From the IMG/VR virus record IMGVR_UViG_3300025151_000183, positions 1 through 30,348 of that record: DNA of 30,348 bases; one strand, 5' to 3'. Position numbers and translations under genes: made by a program. The notes beneath the pieces are model-generated. The model ran no database searches. It saw nothing but the letters and a program-made list of their open reading frames with translations, and was not told the DNA's origin. The DNA comes from a virus. Lineage: Duplodnaviria > Caudoviricetes. Below are positions 1-7,510 of this stretch, piece by piece; the stretch's first letter is position 1, and each line of letters opens with the position of its first letter.

Positions 1-2
1 TT

Positions 3-1439
3 CATCAAATGACTACCTCAATTTCGATGCGTGGATCAGCCGAACGGCTGCAAAAACGTCGCATCTCAGAGAAAGTTTGCAAGCAATACCACATCCACAA
101 GGACGGTCAGGTGTTGCGCTTCTATTACTTCAGTGAGTCTGGAGTACTAGAGGGATGCAAAAGCAAAACAAAAGACAAACTATTCACCTACGAAGGCAAT
201 GTCCCAGGTACCCTGTTCGGTCAACACCTCTTTCCTGCCACTGGAAAGCGAGTTGTTATCACCGAAGGCGAACTCGATGCCGCTAGTTGCCAAGAGGCAA
301 TGCCTGGGTGGCCGATGGTCTCTCTTCCCAGCGGAGCAGCTTCAGCAAAGAAAGCTATACAACGAGTTATTCCATGGCTCCAGGGCTATGAGGAGATTGT
401 CTTGTTCTTCGACAATGACGCTCCTGGCCGTAAAGCGGCGGAGGAAGCGGCAAGCGTTTTACCACCCGGAAAGGTAAAAATTGCGTCGTTAAACGATGAC
501 TACAAAGACGCGTCTGATGCGCTTAGCAATAATGATAGTGATGCGATCCGCCGTGCTATTTGGGATTCACGTGAGTACAGACCTGATGGTATTGTTGATG
601 GCAAGTCTCTTTTAGAATTAGTTACCACACCTACACCCCCAGCTGATCATGAGTACCCGTTTAGAGGAATTCAAAACAAATTGCACGGGATCCGATATGG
701 AGAGCTTGTCACGATTACTGCAGGATCTGGTATCGGAAAATCCTCATTCTGTCGTGAACTTGCGACTGACCTTCTCAACAAAGGAGAACGGGTCGGTTAC
801 CTGGCTCTTGAGGAGTCCAATCGACGTACTGCACTTGGACTGATGTCTGCTGCTGTAGGTAAGTCACTACACATCGGTGAACATGACCGAAAGACACTGA
901 CAGATGCCTACGAAAAGACTCTTGCTGATTGGAATCTCTACCTCTTTGATGGTTTTGGTTCTTTTGATCCTGATCTTATTTACAACAGGATCGAGTATCT
1001 GGCTACAGGACTTGACGCAAGAGTCATTTTTCTAGATCACCTTTCTATTCTGCTATCCGGTTTGGATGGTGATGAGAGACGTATGATCGACACGACCATG
1101 ACCCGCCTGCGTTCACTAGTTGAGCGTACAGGTGTCGCCATGTTCCTAGTGTCTCACTTACGGAGAACATCAAATGACACACCACATGAGGAAGGAGCTA
1201 GGGTCACTTTGGGGCAGCTCAGGGGAAGCGCAGCTATTGCTCAGCTCTCTGACGGAGTTATCGCGCTCGAAAGAGATCAACAGGCCACTTCTAAACGAGG
1301 TGATACAACAGTGCGAATCCTTAAAAATCGCTATTCAGGCGAAGTTGGTGTAGCCTGTAACCTGAGTTATGACCTAGCCTCCTGTAAATTCAATGAAACT
1401 GAACCCCAACCAGAGTTCGATGCAACCACTGACTTCTGA
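3..1439 (+). CDS. T7 gp4-like DNA primase/helicase (probably 5'-truncated by the window edge)
   Basis: TOPRIM motifs ITEGELDA and FFDND, Walker A AGSGIGKS, Walker B IFLDHL, DnaB-type LRGS..IAQLSD and KNRYSG. The frame is open upstream of ATG 9 and no N-terminal Cys zinc ribbon is present, so the true start likely lies before the window. Confidence 0.96.
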   Translation, partial: HQMTTSISMRGSAERLQKRRISEKVCKQYHIHKDGQVLRFYYFSESGVLEGCKSKTKDKLFTYEGNVPGTLFGQHLFPATGKRVVITEGELDAASCQEAMPGWPMVSLPSGAASAKKAIQRVIPWLQGYEEIVLFFDNDAPGRKAAEEAASVLPPGKVKIASLNDDYKDASDALSNNDSDAIRRAIWDSREYRPDGIVDGKSLLELVTTPTPPADHEYPFRGIQNKLHGIRYGELVTITAGSGIGKSSFCRELATDLLNKGERVGYLALEESNRRTALGLMSAAVGKSLHIGEHDRKTLTDAYEKTLADWNLYLFDGFGSFDPDLIYNRIEYLATGLDARVIFLDHLSILLSGLDGDERRMIDTTMTRLRSLVERTGVAMFLVSHLRRTSNDTPHEEGARVTLGQLRGSAAIAQLSDGVIALERDQQATSKRGDTTVRILKNRYSGEVGVACNLSYDLASCKFNETEPQPEFDATTDF

Positions 1440-1560
1440 ATTGAAACGACCTAACCCTCCTACTCCTGAAGCCGTTGCGAAAGCGCAGTTCATCGACAAA
1501 ACGTATCAATGGAAGGGAACTGCAGCGAATAAAGCTGCTAACGTACAACCTTCTGTTTAA
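1393..1560 (+). CDS. Small hypothetical protein, 55 aa (alternative ATG at 1420)
   Basis: Hand translation: MKLNPNQSSMQPLTSELKRPNPPTPEAVAKAQFIDKTYQWKGTAANKAANVQPSV*. Fills the primase-polymerase gap and overlaps the primase 3' end. Confidence 0.55.
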   Translation: MKLNPNQSSMQPLTSELKRPNPPTPEAVAKAQFIDKTYQWKGTAANKAANVQPSV

Positions 1561-1636
1561 TGGACTTATATTTGTGACAAACTTATTTATTGTAGCTGGT
1601 GTAATTAGGCACTGGAATGACAACCCTAATCTTTGA
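1475..1636 (+). CDS. Small putative membrane protein, about 53 aa (TTG start uncertain)
   Basis: Hand translation ends ...IKLLTYNLLFNGLIFVTNLFIVAGVIRHWNDNPNL*: basic N-terminus and one hydrophobic segment. The TNxFIVAGVIRHW ending resembles a small cyanophage protein family as I recall it. Confidence 0.45.
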   Translation: MRKRSSSTKRINGRELQRIKLLTYNLLFNGLIFVTNLFIVAGVIRHWNDNPNL

Positions 1637-2138
1637 CATAGAAACAAACGGTCTACTCTATGATCTTACCTGCATCCACTGTCTTGTCATCTATGATGTC
1701 GAAGCTGACCAAACCCTTTGTTATAACGACGAGGGAGATCAGGAACCGATTGTCCGTGGTATCTCAAGACTTGAAGAAGCGGATAAAATAGTCGGGCACA
1801 ACATCATAGGTTATGACATCCCAGCAATCAAGAAACTTTACCCGTGGTTTGCACCACAAGGTGAGATTGTTGATACACTTGTTCTGTCTCGCCAGTATCA
1901 TGCTGACCTTTACACACTTGACAGCAGACGAAACTGGAAAGGAATGCCTATGCAACTCTATGGGCGACACAGCCTTGAAGCATACGGTTACAGACTGAAT
2001 GAAGCTAAGGGTGTCTTTGGCAAGGACACAGATTGGAAAGAATGGTCACAAGAGATGCAGGACTATTGTGTCCAAGACGTTAAAGTGACTACAAAATTAT
2101 GCGACCACTTCCATCCCTACCTGACTGGCTCACGTTAG
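1617..2138 (+). CDS. DNA polymerase family A, 3'-5' exonuclease part (T7 gp5 N-terminal domain)
   Basis: ExoI FDIETNG, ExoII GHNIIGYD, HSLEAYGYRL, ExoIII YCVQDV; stops at TAG 2136-2138. Confidence 0.93.
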   Translation: MTTLIFDIETNGLLYDLTCIHCLVIYDVEADQTLCYNDEGDQEPIVRGISRLEEADKIVGHNIIGYDIPAIKKLYPWFAPQGEIVDTLVLSRQYHADLYTLDSRRNWKGMPMQLYGRHSLEAYGYRLNEAKGVFGKDTDWKEWSQEMQDYCVQDVKVTTKLCDHFHPYLTGSR

Positions 2139-3361
2139 AGCATCGGGTAGCACAAATACTTACTGAACAGGAGATCCATGGATGGTACTTTGATGAGCCT
2201 GCTGCATGGGAACTTACATCTACTCTCCAAAGAGAGCTTGAACAAACTTGTGAGTTACTACGAAACAGGTATGCTTTCGTCAAAGGCGCGGAGTTTACTC
2301 CTAAGCGACCTAACAAAACACAGGGATATATAGCAGGTGCCACATTCACGCGCCTTAAAGAACTCAATCCCTCATCACGTGACCACATTGCGTGGATCCT
2401 ACAGACACATCACGGTTGGAAACCTACCCAACTGACTGCAACAGGCAAGCCTATCATTGACGAACCTATCCTCAAGGACATAGGTACTGAAGCGTCGGAC
2501 ATGTTTCTACGTGTGCTGACTATCACCAAGATGCTGGGTATGCTCAGCGAGGGTGACAATGCATGGCTCAAGCTTGTACGAAACAACCGAATACATCATC
2601 ATTGTTCAGTCGCAACTAACACATTTCGTTGCGCCCATCGTAAACCAAATCTCGGACAGGTTCCCAGTGACTCAGAATTCAGAAAACTCTTCCGGGCAAC
2701 ACCAGGGCAAACCATGGTGGGTGCCGACCTTAGTGGGATTGAGCTGCGGTGCCTTGCTCACTATCTTGCTCGCTTTGATGGCGGGCGGTATGCAGAAATT
2801 CTTCTTAATGGAGACATTCACCAAGTCAATGCCGACAAAATTGGTATCTCCAGACGTGCCGTTAAAACAGTTACCTACGCCTTCCTCTATGGTGCCGGCG
2901 ATGCCAAACTAGGAAAGAGTTACGATGCTCAACTTACTGAATCCCAGGCAAAGAAGAAGGGCAAAGAAATCCGCCAAGCTTACATGGATGCGGTACCAGG
3001 ACTTGAGAAACTGGTTACTGCGGTTAAGTCCAAGGCGGAATCTGGTTACATCAGCCTATGTGACGGTCGCCGCTGCTCTGTTGATGGTGCCCACAAGGCC
3101 CTTAACTACCTCCTCCAAGGATCTGCCGGAGTATTAGCGAAACGTTGGTTACTAATTAACCACGACAACACACGTGAGCTATGTTGCTCACAACTAGCAT
3201 TTGTTCATGACGAAATCCAATTCGAGTGTGATCCCCGAGATGTGGACGCACTACGAACATCCCTGGTACGTTCAGCTGAAGAAGCTGGACGCTACTACAA
3301 TTTTAGAATCCCAATCGCAGCTGAAGCCCAGCAAGGCGATAACTGGAGTGAAGTACACTAA
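2099..3361 (+). CDS. DNA polymerase family A, polymerase part (T7 gp5-like)
   Basis: NPSSRDHI, motif A GADLSGIELR, motif B KTVTYAFLYG, ALNYLLQGS, motif C VHDE. Lies in the -1 frame relative to the exonuclease ORF with a 40-nt overlap. Confidence 0.96.
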   Translation: MRPLPSLPDWLTLEHRVAQILTEQEIHGWYFDEPAAWELTSTLQRELEQTCELLRNRYAFVKGAEFTPKRPNKTQGYIAGATFTRLKELNPSSRDHIAWILQTHHGWKPTQLTATGKPIIDEPILKDIGTEASDMFLRVLTITKMLGMLSEGDNAWLKLVRNNRIHHHCSVATNTFRCAHRKPNLGQVPSDSEFRKLFRATPGQTMVGADLSGIELRCLAHYLARFDGGRYAEILLNGDIHQVNADKIGISRRAVKTVTYAFLYGAGDAKLGKSYDAQLTESQAKKKGKEIRQAYMDAVPGLEKLVTAVKSKAESGYISLCDGRRCSVDGAHKALNYLLQGSAGVLAKRWLLINHDNTRELCCSQLAFVHDEIQFECDPRDVDALRTSLVRSAEEAGRYYNFRIPIAAEAQQGDNWSEVH

Positions 3362-3498
3362 TGGCAATGAGATCTAAAACTGCACTGGGACGTGAAGACT
3401 TTCAGTCCCGTGCTAAATATAAACACACCCGCCAAGGCAACGGCAAGCGCAGTAAGCCATCGCACGGGCGTAAGCTCAGGCGAGGGCAGGGTAAATGA
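3361..3498 (+). CDS. Small highly basic protein, 45 aa
   Basis: MAMRSKTALGREDFQSRAKYKHTRQGNGKRSKPSHGRKLRRGQGK*. Its start overlaps the polymerase stop (TAATG) and its stop overlaps the exonuclease start (ATGA), so it is coupled at both ends. Confidence 0.85.
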   Translation: MAMRSKTALGREDFQSRAKYKHTRQGNGKRSKPSHGRKLRRGQGK

Positions 3499-4223
3499 GT
3501 GCATTAATTGACTGCGACTACATCGTTTACAAAGCCTGCGCCGCTTGTGAAATGGACATTGACTGGGGAAACGACGTTATCCTCGTACAGTCTCGTTTCA
3601 ACGAAGCCTACGCCATGGTCGAAAGAGAACTATTCAAGGTTTCAAATGATCTTGGATGTTTCGACGATACTATTTTGTTTTTTACTGATAGCGTCAATTT
3701 TCGTAAACGAATTGACCCGGCGTATAAAGGACATCGAAACCGCAAGAAACCCTGCGGATACAGACGGGTCATCAATAAGCTCAAGGAAGAGTACGACGTT
3801 GTTGTAATGCCTGAGCTAGAAGCAGACGATGCGATGGGCATTTATGCCACCAAGTATAAAGGTCACATTATCTGCTCACCTGATAAAGACATGCGACAGA
3901 TACCTGGAGACCTGTATGATTTTTCTAATGCCGTTGTCACCATCACCGAAGAAGAAGGTGAGCGTTGGCACTACATTCAGACGCTGGCTGGTGACCAGAC
4001 TGATGGATATAGCGGAGTTCCTGGATTCGGGATCAAACGTGCAGAAGCCTTCTTTGAAGAGAACGGTTACACGTGGGAGACCGTCGTTCAAGCATTTGAG
4101 TCAAAGGGACTTGACGAATCTACTGCTCTTAGAAATGCGCAGCTTGCAAAGATCCTCCAACACACAGATTATGACTTCGACACCGAGTCCGTCAAGCTTT
4201 GGTCCCCCACCACCAGTAACTGA
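3495..4223 (+). CDS. T7 gp6-like 5'-3' exonuclease
   Basis: LIDCDYIVY, YKGHR, LEADDAMG, SPDKDMRQIPG, GDQTDGYSGVPGFG (H3TH). Confidence 0.95.
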   Translation: MSALIDCDYIVYKACAACEMDIDWGNDVILVQSRFNEAYAMVERELFKVSNDLGCFDDTILFFTDSVNFRKRIDPAYKGHRNRKKPCGYRRVINKLKEEYDVVVMPELEADDAMGIYATKYKGHIICSPDKDMRQIPGDLYDFSNAVVTITEEEGERWHYIQTLAGDQTDGYSGVPGFGIKRAEAFFEENGYTWETVVQAFESKGLDESTALRNAQLAKILQHTDYDFDTESVKLWSPTTSN

Positions 4224-4458
4224 GCTCACCTTTGAGCAAGACTTTAAGATGCGTCAAATCGAAGACGCTCTTAACAAACCGACTACAGCCAAGGAAGATA
4301 TCATTACTGTCTTCCTTGCGTTGCAACGTCAGAACTTTGTCCTATCCAATTCACTCACTAACTTAGTAAAAAAGTGGCCGACTCCAACTCAACTGGACCC
4401 AACTACTATCGACGAGGTTCTATCCAGGTTTGGGACTTCATCCGAGACCAAGGACTGA
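4171..4458 (+). CDS. nblA: NblA-like phycobilisome degradation adaptor (start uncertain; frame open from 3829)
   Basis: ELTFEQDFKMRQIEDAL...KEDIITVFLALQRQNFVLSNSLTNLVKKW matches the NblA helix-loop-helix pattern (LxLEQxF...L.xQ....xN....L...W). Overlaps both neighbours. Confidence 0.75.
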   Translation: MTSTPSPSSFGPPPPVTELTFEQDFKMRQIEDALNKPTTAKEDIITVFLALQRQNFVLSNSLTNLVKKWPTPTQLDPTTIDEVLSRFGTSSETKD

Positions 4459-4673
4459 GTTTTCACTTAGGCAATGCCATTAAATATATCTGCCGTGCTG
4501 GTTACAAAGATGATCGGGTGGCAGACCTGCGCAAAGCTATCCACTACCTACAGAACGAACTAGAAAATGAAATCCTTTCTGACTGCCCAAGCGATAGAGT
4601 TTCGCCATGGCTATCAAGTGACGAACGATACTGGGCCAGCTTCACGGGAGATGCAGAAGCGTTTGATCGTTGA
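4374..4673 (+). CDS. DUF3310 / T7 gp1.7-like putative nucleotide kinase
   Basis: PNYY..GSIQVWDFI...FHLGNAIKYICRAGYK...DLRKAIHYL; GTG start. Confidence 0.85.
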   Translation: MADSNSTGPNYYRRGSIQVWDFIRDQGLSFHLGNAIKYICRAGYKDDRVADLRKAIHYLQNELENEILSDCPSDRVSPWLSSDERYWASFTGDAEAFDR

Positions 4674-4944
4674 GGAATTCAAAGAGTTTCTTGAAGCTGA
4701 GCAGCAGTTGATCTACGGCTACACACGTAACGCTGAGGACTGCTTGAAAGAGCTTGCAGATCTTGTCTACGTCTGCTATCAATATGCTACCAATCTCAAC
4801 TGGGATTTGGATGAAGCAATGGATCGTGTACACCAAAGCAACATGAGTAAGCTTGGTGAAAACGGTCAACCCATCCGCCGTGAAGACGGCAAGGTCCTGA
4901 AGGGACCAAACTATCAACCCCCTAACCTTACTGATCTCGTTTAA
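4567..4944 (+). CDS. MazG-like all-alpha NTP pyrophosphohydrolase
   Basis: LIVEEFKEFLEA, KELADLVYV, VHQSNMSK, REDGKVLKGPNY. Confidence 0.88.
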   Translation: MKSFLTAQAIEFRHGYQVTNDTGPASREMQKRLIVEEFKEFLEAEQQLIYGYTRNAEDCLKELADLVYVCYQYATNLNWDLDEAMDRVHQSNMSKLGENGQPIRREDGKVLKGPNYQPPNLTDLV

Positions 4945-4946
4945 TA

Positions 4947-6341
4947 ATGACCGCCGCTACAAAAGAACTCGTCGCTCGCACTGGGCGCGTACAGTCATGG
5001 ATTGACGATCCCACCTCCCGCCTTCCCGTTTCCTGCACTGTCTTCGTAGTGGAGGATTCTATGGAAGGACCTAATGGAATCGAAGCCAGTTGGAGATTCG
5101 TCTCACACGCCTTACGATTTGGAGCAGGCGTTGCAGTCCATCTATCAAAGCTCCGACCCAAAGGAAGTGAAAATGGCAAGGGTCTTACAGCTTCTGGACC
5201 TGTATCATTCGCACAAATCTACTCCACCTTGAATCAAACCCTCCGACGGGGTGGGCATTATAAGAACGGTGCTGTGGTGTGCCACCTTGACCTCTGTCAC
5301 CCTGATGTGCTAGAGTTCATCCAAGCACCACGTGCTGAACTGCCTTGGGTCAAGCGATGTGTTAACATCAACGACTACTGGTGGGAAGAAGCTACACCTA
5401 ATGTCCGCCAGGCACTGCTGCAAGGCATCCGCCAGGGTGACATCTGGCTAAACAAAACTAAAGTTGATGCATATGGAAACCGAATCCGTGGTAACGTCTG
5501 CCTTGAAGTTTACCTGCCGTCACGAGGAACTTGCCTGCTACAACATATCAATCTTGCTGCCTGCTACGTTGAGGACATCGCCCCGGCTTTCGTTAAAGGT
5601 ATGTCCGAGTTGTGCAGTCTCCATGGCCGGACAGGTGTTGGAGAATCTGGAGAGTACCTGCCACCAGAAACAGACCGACAAGTCGGACTGGGAATGCTTG
5701 GACTTGCCAACCTCCTACGAAGGTACAACGTAAGCTACAAAGAATTTGGTGAGGCTCTTGCTCTTGTCAACAGTGGTGATAAGATTATAGAGTACACCCC
5801 GGCAATCACCCTTGCTTCTGAATTTAAACACGGTATCAATCAAGCAGCAATGATTGCGTCGGTCAACAACATGGACCGTGCCTTTGCCATTGCTCCTACT
5901 GCTTCGTGCAGCTACCGTTATACTGACCCGGATGGCTACACTGCCACTCCGGAAATTGCACCTCCCATTGCCCGTCAGGTGGACCGTGATAGCGGTACCT
6001 TTGGTGTCCAGAGCTACGATTACGGTCCTGTTGAGATCGCATCGGAAGTTGGCTGGGATGCATATATGAGTGTTGCTAACGGTATCCTTCGGATGCTGGA
6101 CAACACGGGACTTCTTCACGGTTATAGCTTCAATAGTTGGTCTGATGTGATCACCTATGATGAAGCGTTTATCGAAGAGTGGCTGGCATCTGACCAGACC
6201 TCCCTTTATTATTCGCTTCAGGTAATGGGTGACACGCAAGACAAGACCAGTGCATACGCTGCATTGGATGAGTCTGAGGTCGATGATTACCTGGAGTCAC
6301 TTCTTAATGATCCTGCTCCTGATTGTAATTGCGGCGAATGA
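4947..6341 (+). CDS. nrdA: Ribonucleotide reductase alpha subunit, class I, compact cyanopodovirus type
   Basis: PVSCTV, catalytic GNVCLE, GTCLL, IAPTASCS, class I tyrosine pair SLYY, C-terminal CNC; no ATP cone. Confidence 0.92.
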   Translation: MTAATKELVARTGRVQSWIDDPTSRLPVSCTVFVVEDSMEGPNGIEASWRFVSHALRFGAGVAVHLSKLRPKGSENGKGLTASGPVSFAQIYSTLNQTLRRGGHYKNGAVVCHLDLCHPDVLEFIQAPRAELPWVKRCVNINDYWWEEATPNVRQALLQGIRQGDIWLNKTKVDAYGNRIRGNVCLEVYLPSRGTCLLQHINLAACYVEDIAPAFVKGMSELCSLHGRTGVGESGEYLPPETDRQVGLGMLGLANLLRRYNVSYKEFGEALALVNSGDKIIEYTPAITLASEFKHGINQAAMIASVNNMDRAFAIAPTASCSYRYTDPDGYTATPEIAPPIARQVDRDSGTFGVQSYDYGPVEIASEVGWDAYMSVANGILRMLDNTGLLHGYSFNSWSDVITYDEAFIEEWLASDQTSLYYSLQVMGDTQDKTSAYAALDESEVDDYLESLLNDPAPDCNCGE

Positions 6342-7054
6342 ACCCATACGATAAACTACTCTCTCGCAAGAGAACCTGGACACCTGTCCAAACAACTGCC
6401 AGTCAAGTGATGGAAGGTGCGGAAGAGGCAATCTACCGTGCCTTGGCTATCCGTCATATGGAACTGCCAGTTGGTGATTTTATTTCTGATGCTCTAAACA
6501 ATGATGTACCAGAGCTGGCGCGGCCACTCCTTCAATCCAACGTCCAAGACGAGATTAAGCACGACCTTGCACTGGGTTATATTACCAACTCCATGGGCGT
6601 TGATGAGAAAGCTGAGGAAGAAGGTAAGCGCCTCCGGGACGCCTGGATTGCTCATCCGGATCACACGATCCTCAAGGCGTTGGTTGCCGAGCGTGCGATT
6701 TTCTTTGTGCTCCTACCCTTTTTCCGTTTTACGGGAGATGCGGCGCTAAGAACTGTATCCGCTGATATTAGTAGAGATGAACAAGTCCATGTGGCTACGA
6801 ATAGTTTGGTATGTCGTGAGCTTGGTCTCGATAGCAGTCCTTCTCTCGATAAACTCCGCAAGGCAACCATTAATTGGGTGATGCAGCCTCTCAAGGCAAA
6901 CAACCCTCATAAATATCTGAACAAAAAATTTTGGCTCGATTCTAGTGACCGCTTAATGTATGAGGGTAAGGCACCAGAACTTGTCGAAACTAAGAGAGCC
7001 AGAATGCCTGCTTTTTTCGAACATGCAAACCCCAACCTCCCTCAATACGCTTGA
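6338..7054 (+). CDS. nrdB: Ribonucleotide reductase beta subunit (ferritin-like dimetal protein)
   Basis: Ligand pattern HMELP / DEIKH / AERAIFF / RDEQVH, C-terminal Tyr; ATG 6338 overlaps the alpha stop (ATGA). Confidence 0.88.
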   Translation: MNPYDKLLSRKRTWTPVQTTASQVMEGAEEAIYRALAIRHMELPVGDFISDALNNDVPELARPLLQSNVQDEIKHDLALGYITNSMGVDEKAEEEGKRLRDAWIAHPDHTILKALVAERAIFFVLLPFFRFTGDAALRTVSADISRDEQVHVATNSLVCRELGLDSSPSLDKLRKATINWVMQPLKANNPHKYLNKKFWLDSSDRLMYEGKAPELVETKRARMPAFFEHANPNLPQYA

Positions 7055-7220
7055 TCTTTTAGATGTAAGGGGCATGACTGCTAACGCCATGCTTGCGAAA
7101 CTAGAAGAAACGTTTCCGCCCACCAACCCTACACCTGAAGATACAATGGAAAAAATTATGTACCGATCTGGTCAGCGTAGTGTCGTTGAGTGGGTCATCC
7201 AATATATGGAGGAGAACTAG
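7023..7220 (+). CDS. Conserved-looking hypothetical phage protein, about 65 aa
   Basis: KLEETFPP..PTPEDTMEKIMYRSGQRSVVEW; fills the gap ahead of the structural module. Start chosen at ATG 7023. Confidence 0.75.
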   Translation: MQTPTSLNTLDLLDVRGMTANAMLAKLEETFPPTNPTPEDTMEKIMYRSGQRSVVEWVIQYMEEN

Positions 7221-7510
7221 TGCCTCAACTTACAGAAGAAGCTTTGGGTTACAGAGCTGAAGCTGAGACTACGTTGACAGCTGCTGATAAATTACTTGCT
7301 GAACTGCAAGACAAAGAGAAGCAAGCAGCGAAAGCAAAAGCTTTGCAAGAACGTCTTCGTATTATATCCTCTGCTAACCTTGCACGGAGCAAGATGGCAC
7401 CTAAGCTACAGATTGCTCCTGCTACTCAACTACCAACCATTGGTGGTACTCAACAGTTCAAGCGTAGGCAACAGTCTACGCAACAAATGTCTAATATGCT
7501 GAACATCTAA
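7220..7510 (+). CDS. Hypothetical protein upstream of portal (positional analogue of T7 gp6.7/7.3)
   Basis: GTG 7220 preceded by GGAGGAG and overlapping the upstream stop; its stop overlaps the portal ATG (TAATG). Confidence 0.7.
   Translation: MPQLTEEALGYRAEAETTLTAADKLLAELQDKEKQAAKAKALQERLRIISSANLARSKMAPKLQIAPATQLPTIGGTQQFKRRQQSTQQMSNMLNI

Noticed and set aside
1617-3361. Polymerase pseudogene, intron or intein
   Set aside because: All catalytic motifs are intact, there is a single break at a domain boundary, and no intervening sequence is present.
6329-6337. ORF-track start at 6329 for RNR beta (likewise 6960 and 7190 for the next two genes)
   Set aside because: Downstream starts at 6338, 7023 and 7220 fit stop-start coupling, shorter overlaps or SD placement better.
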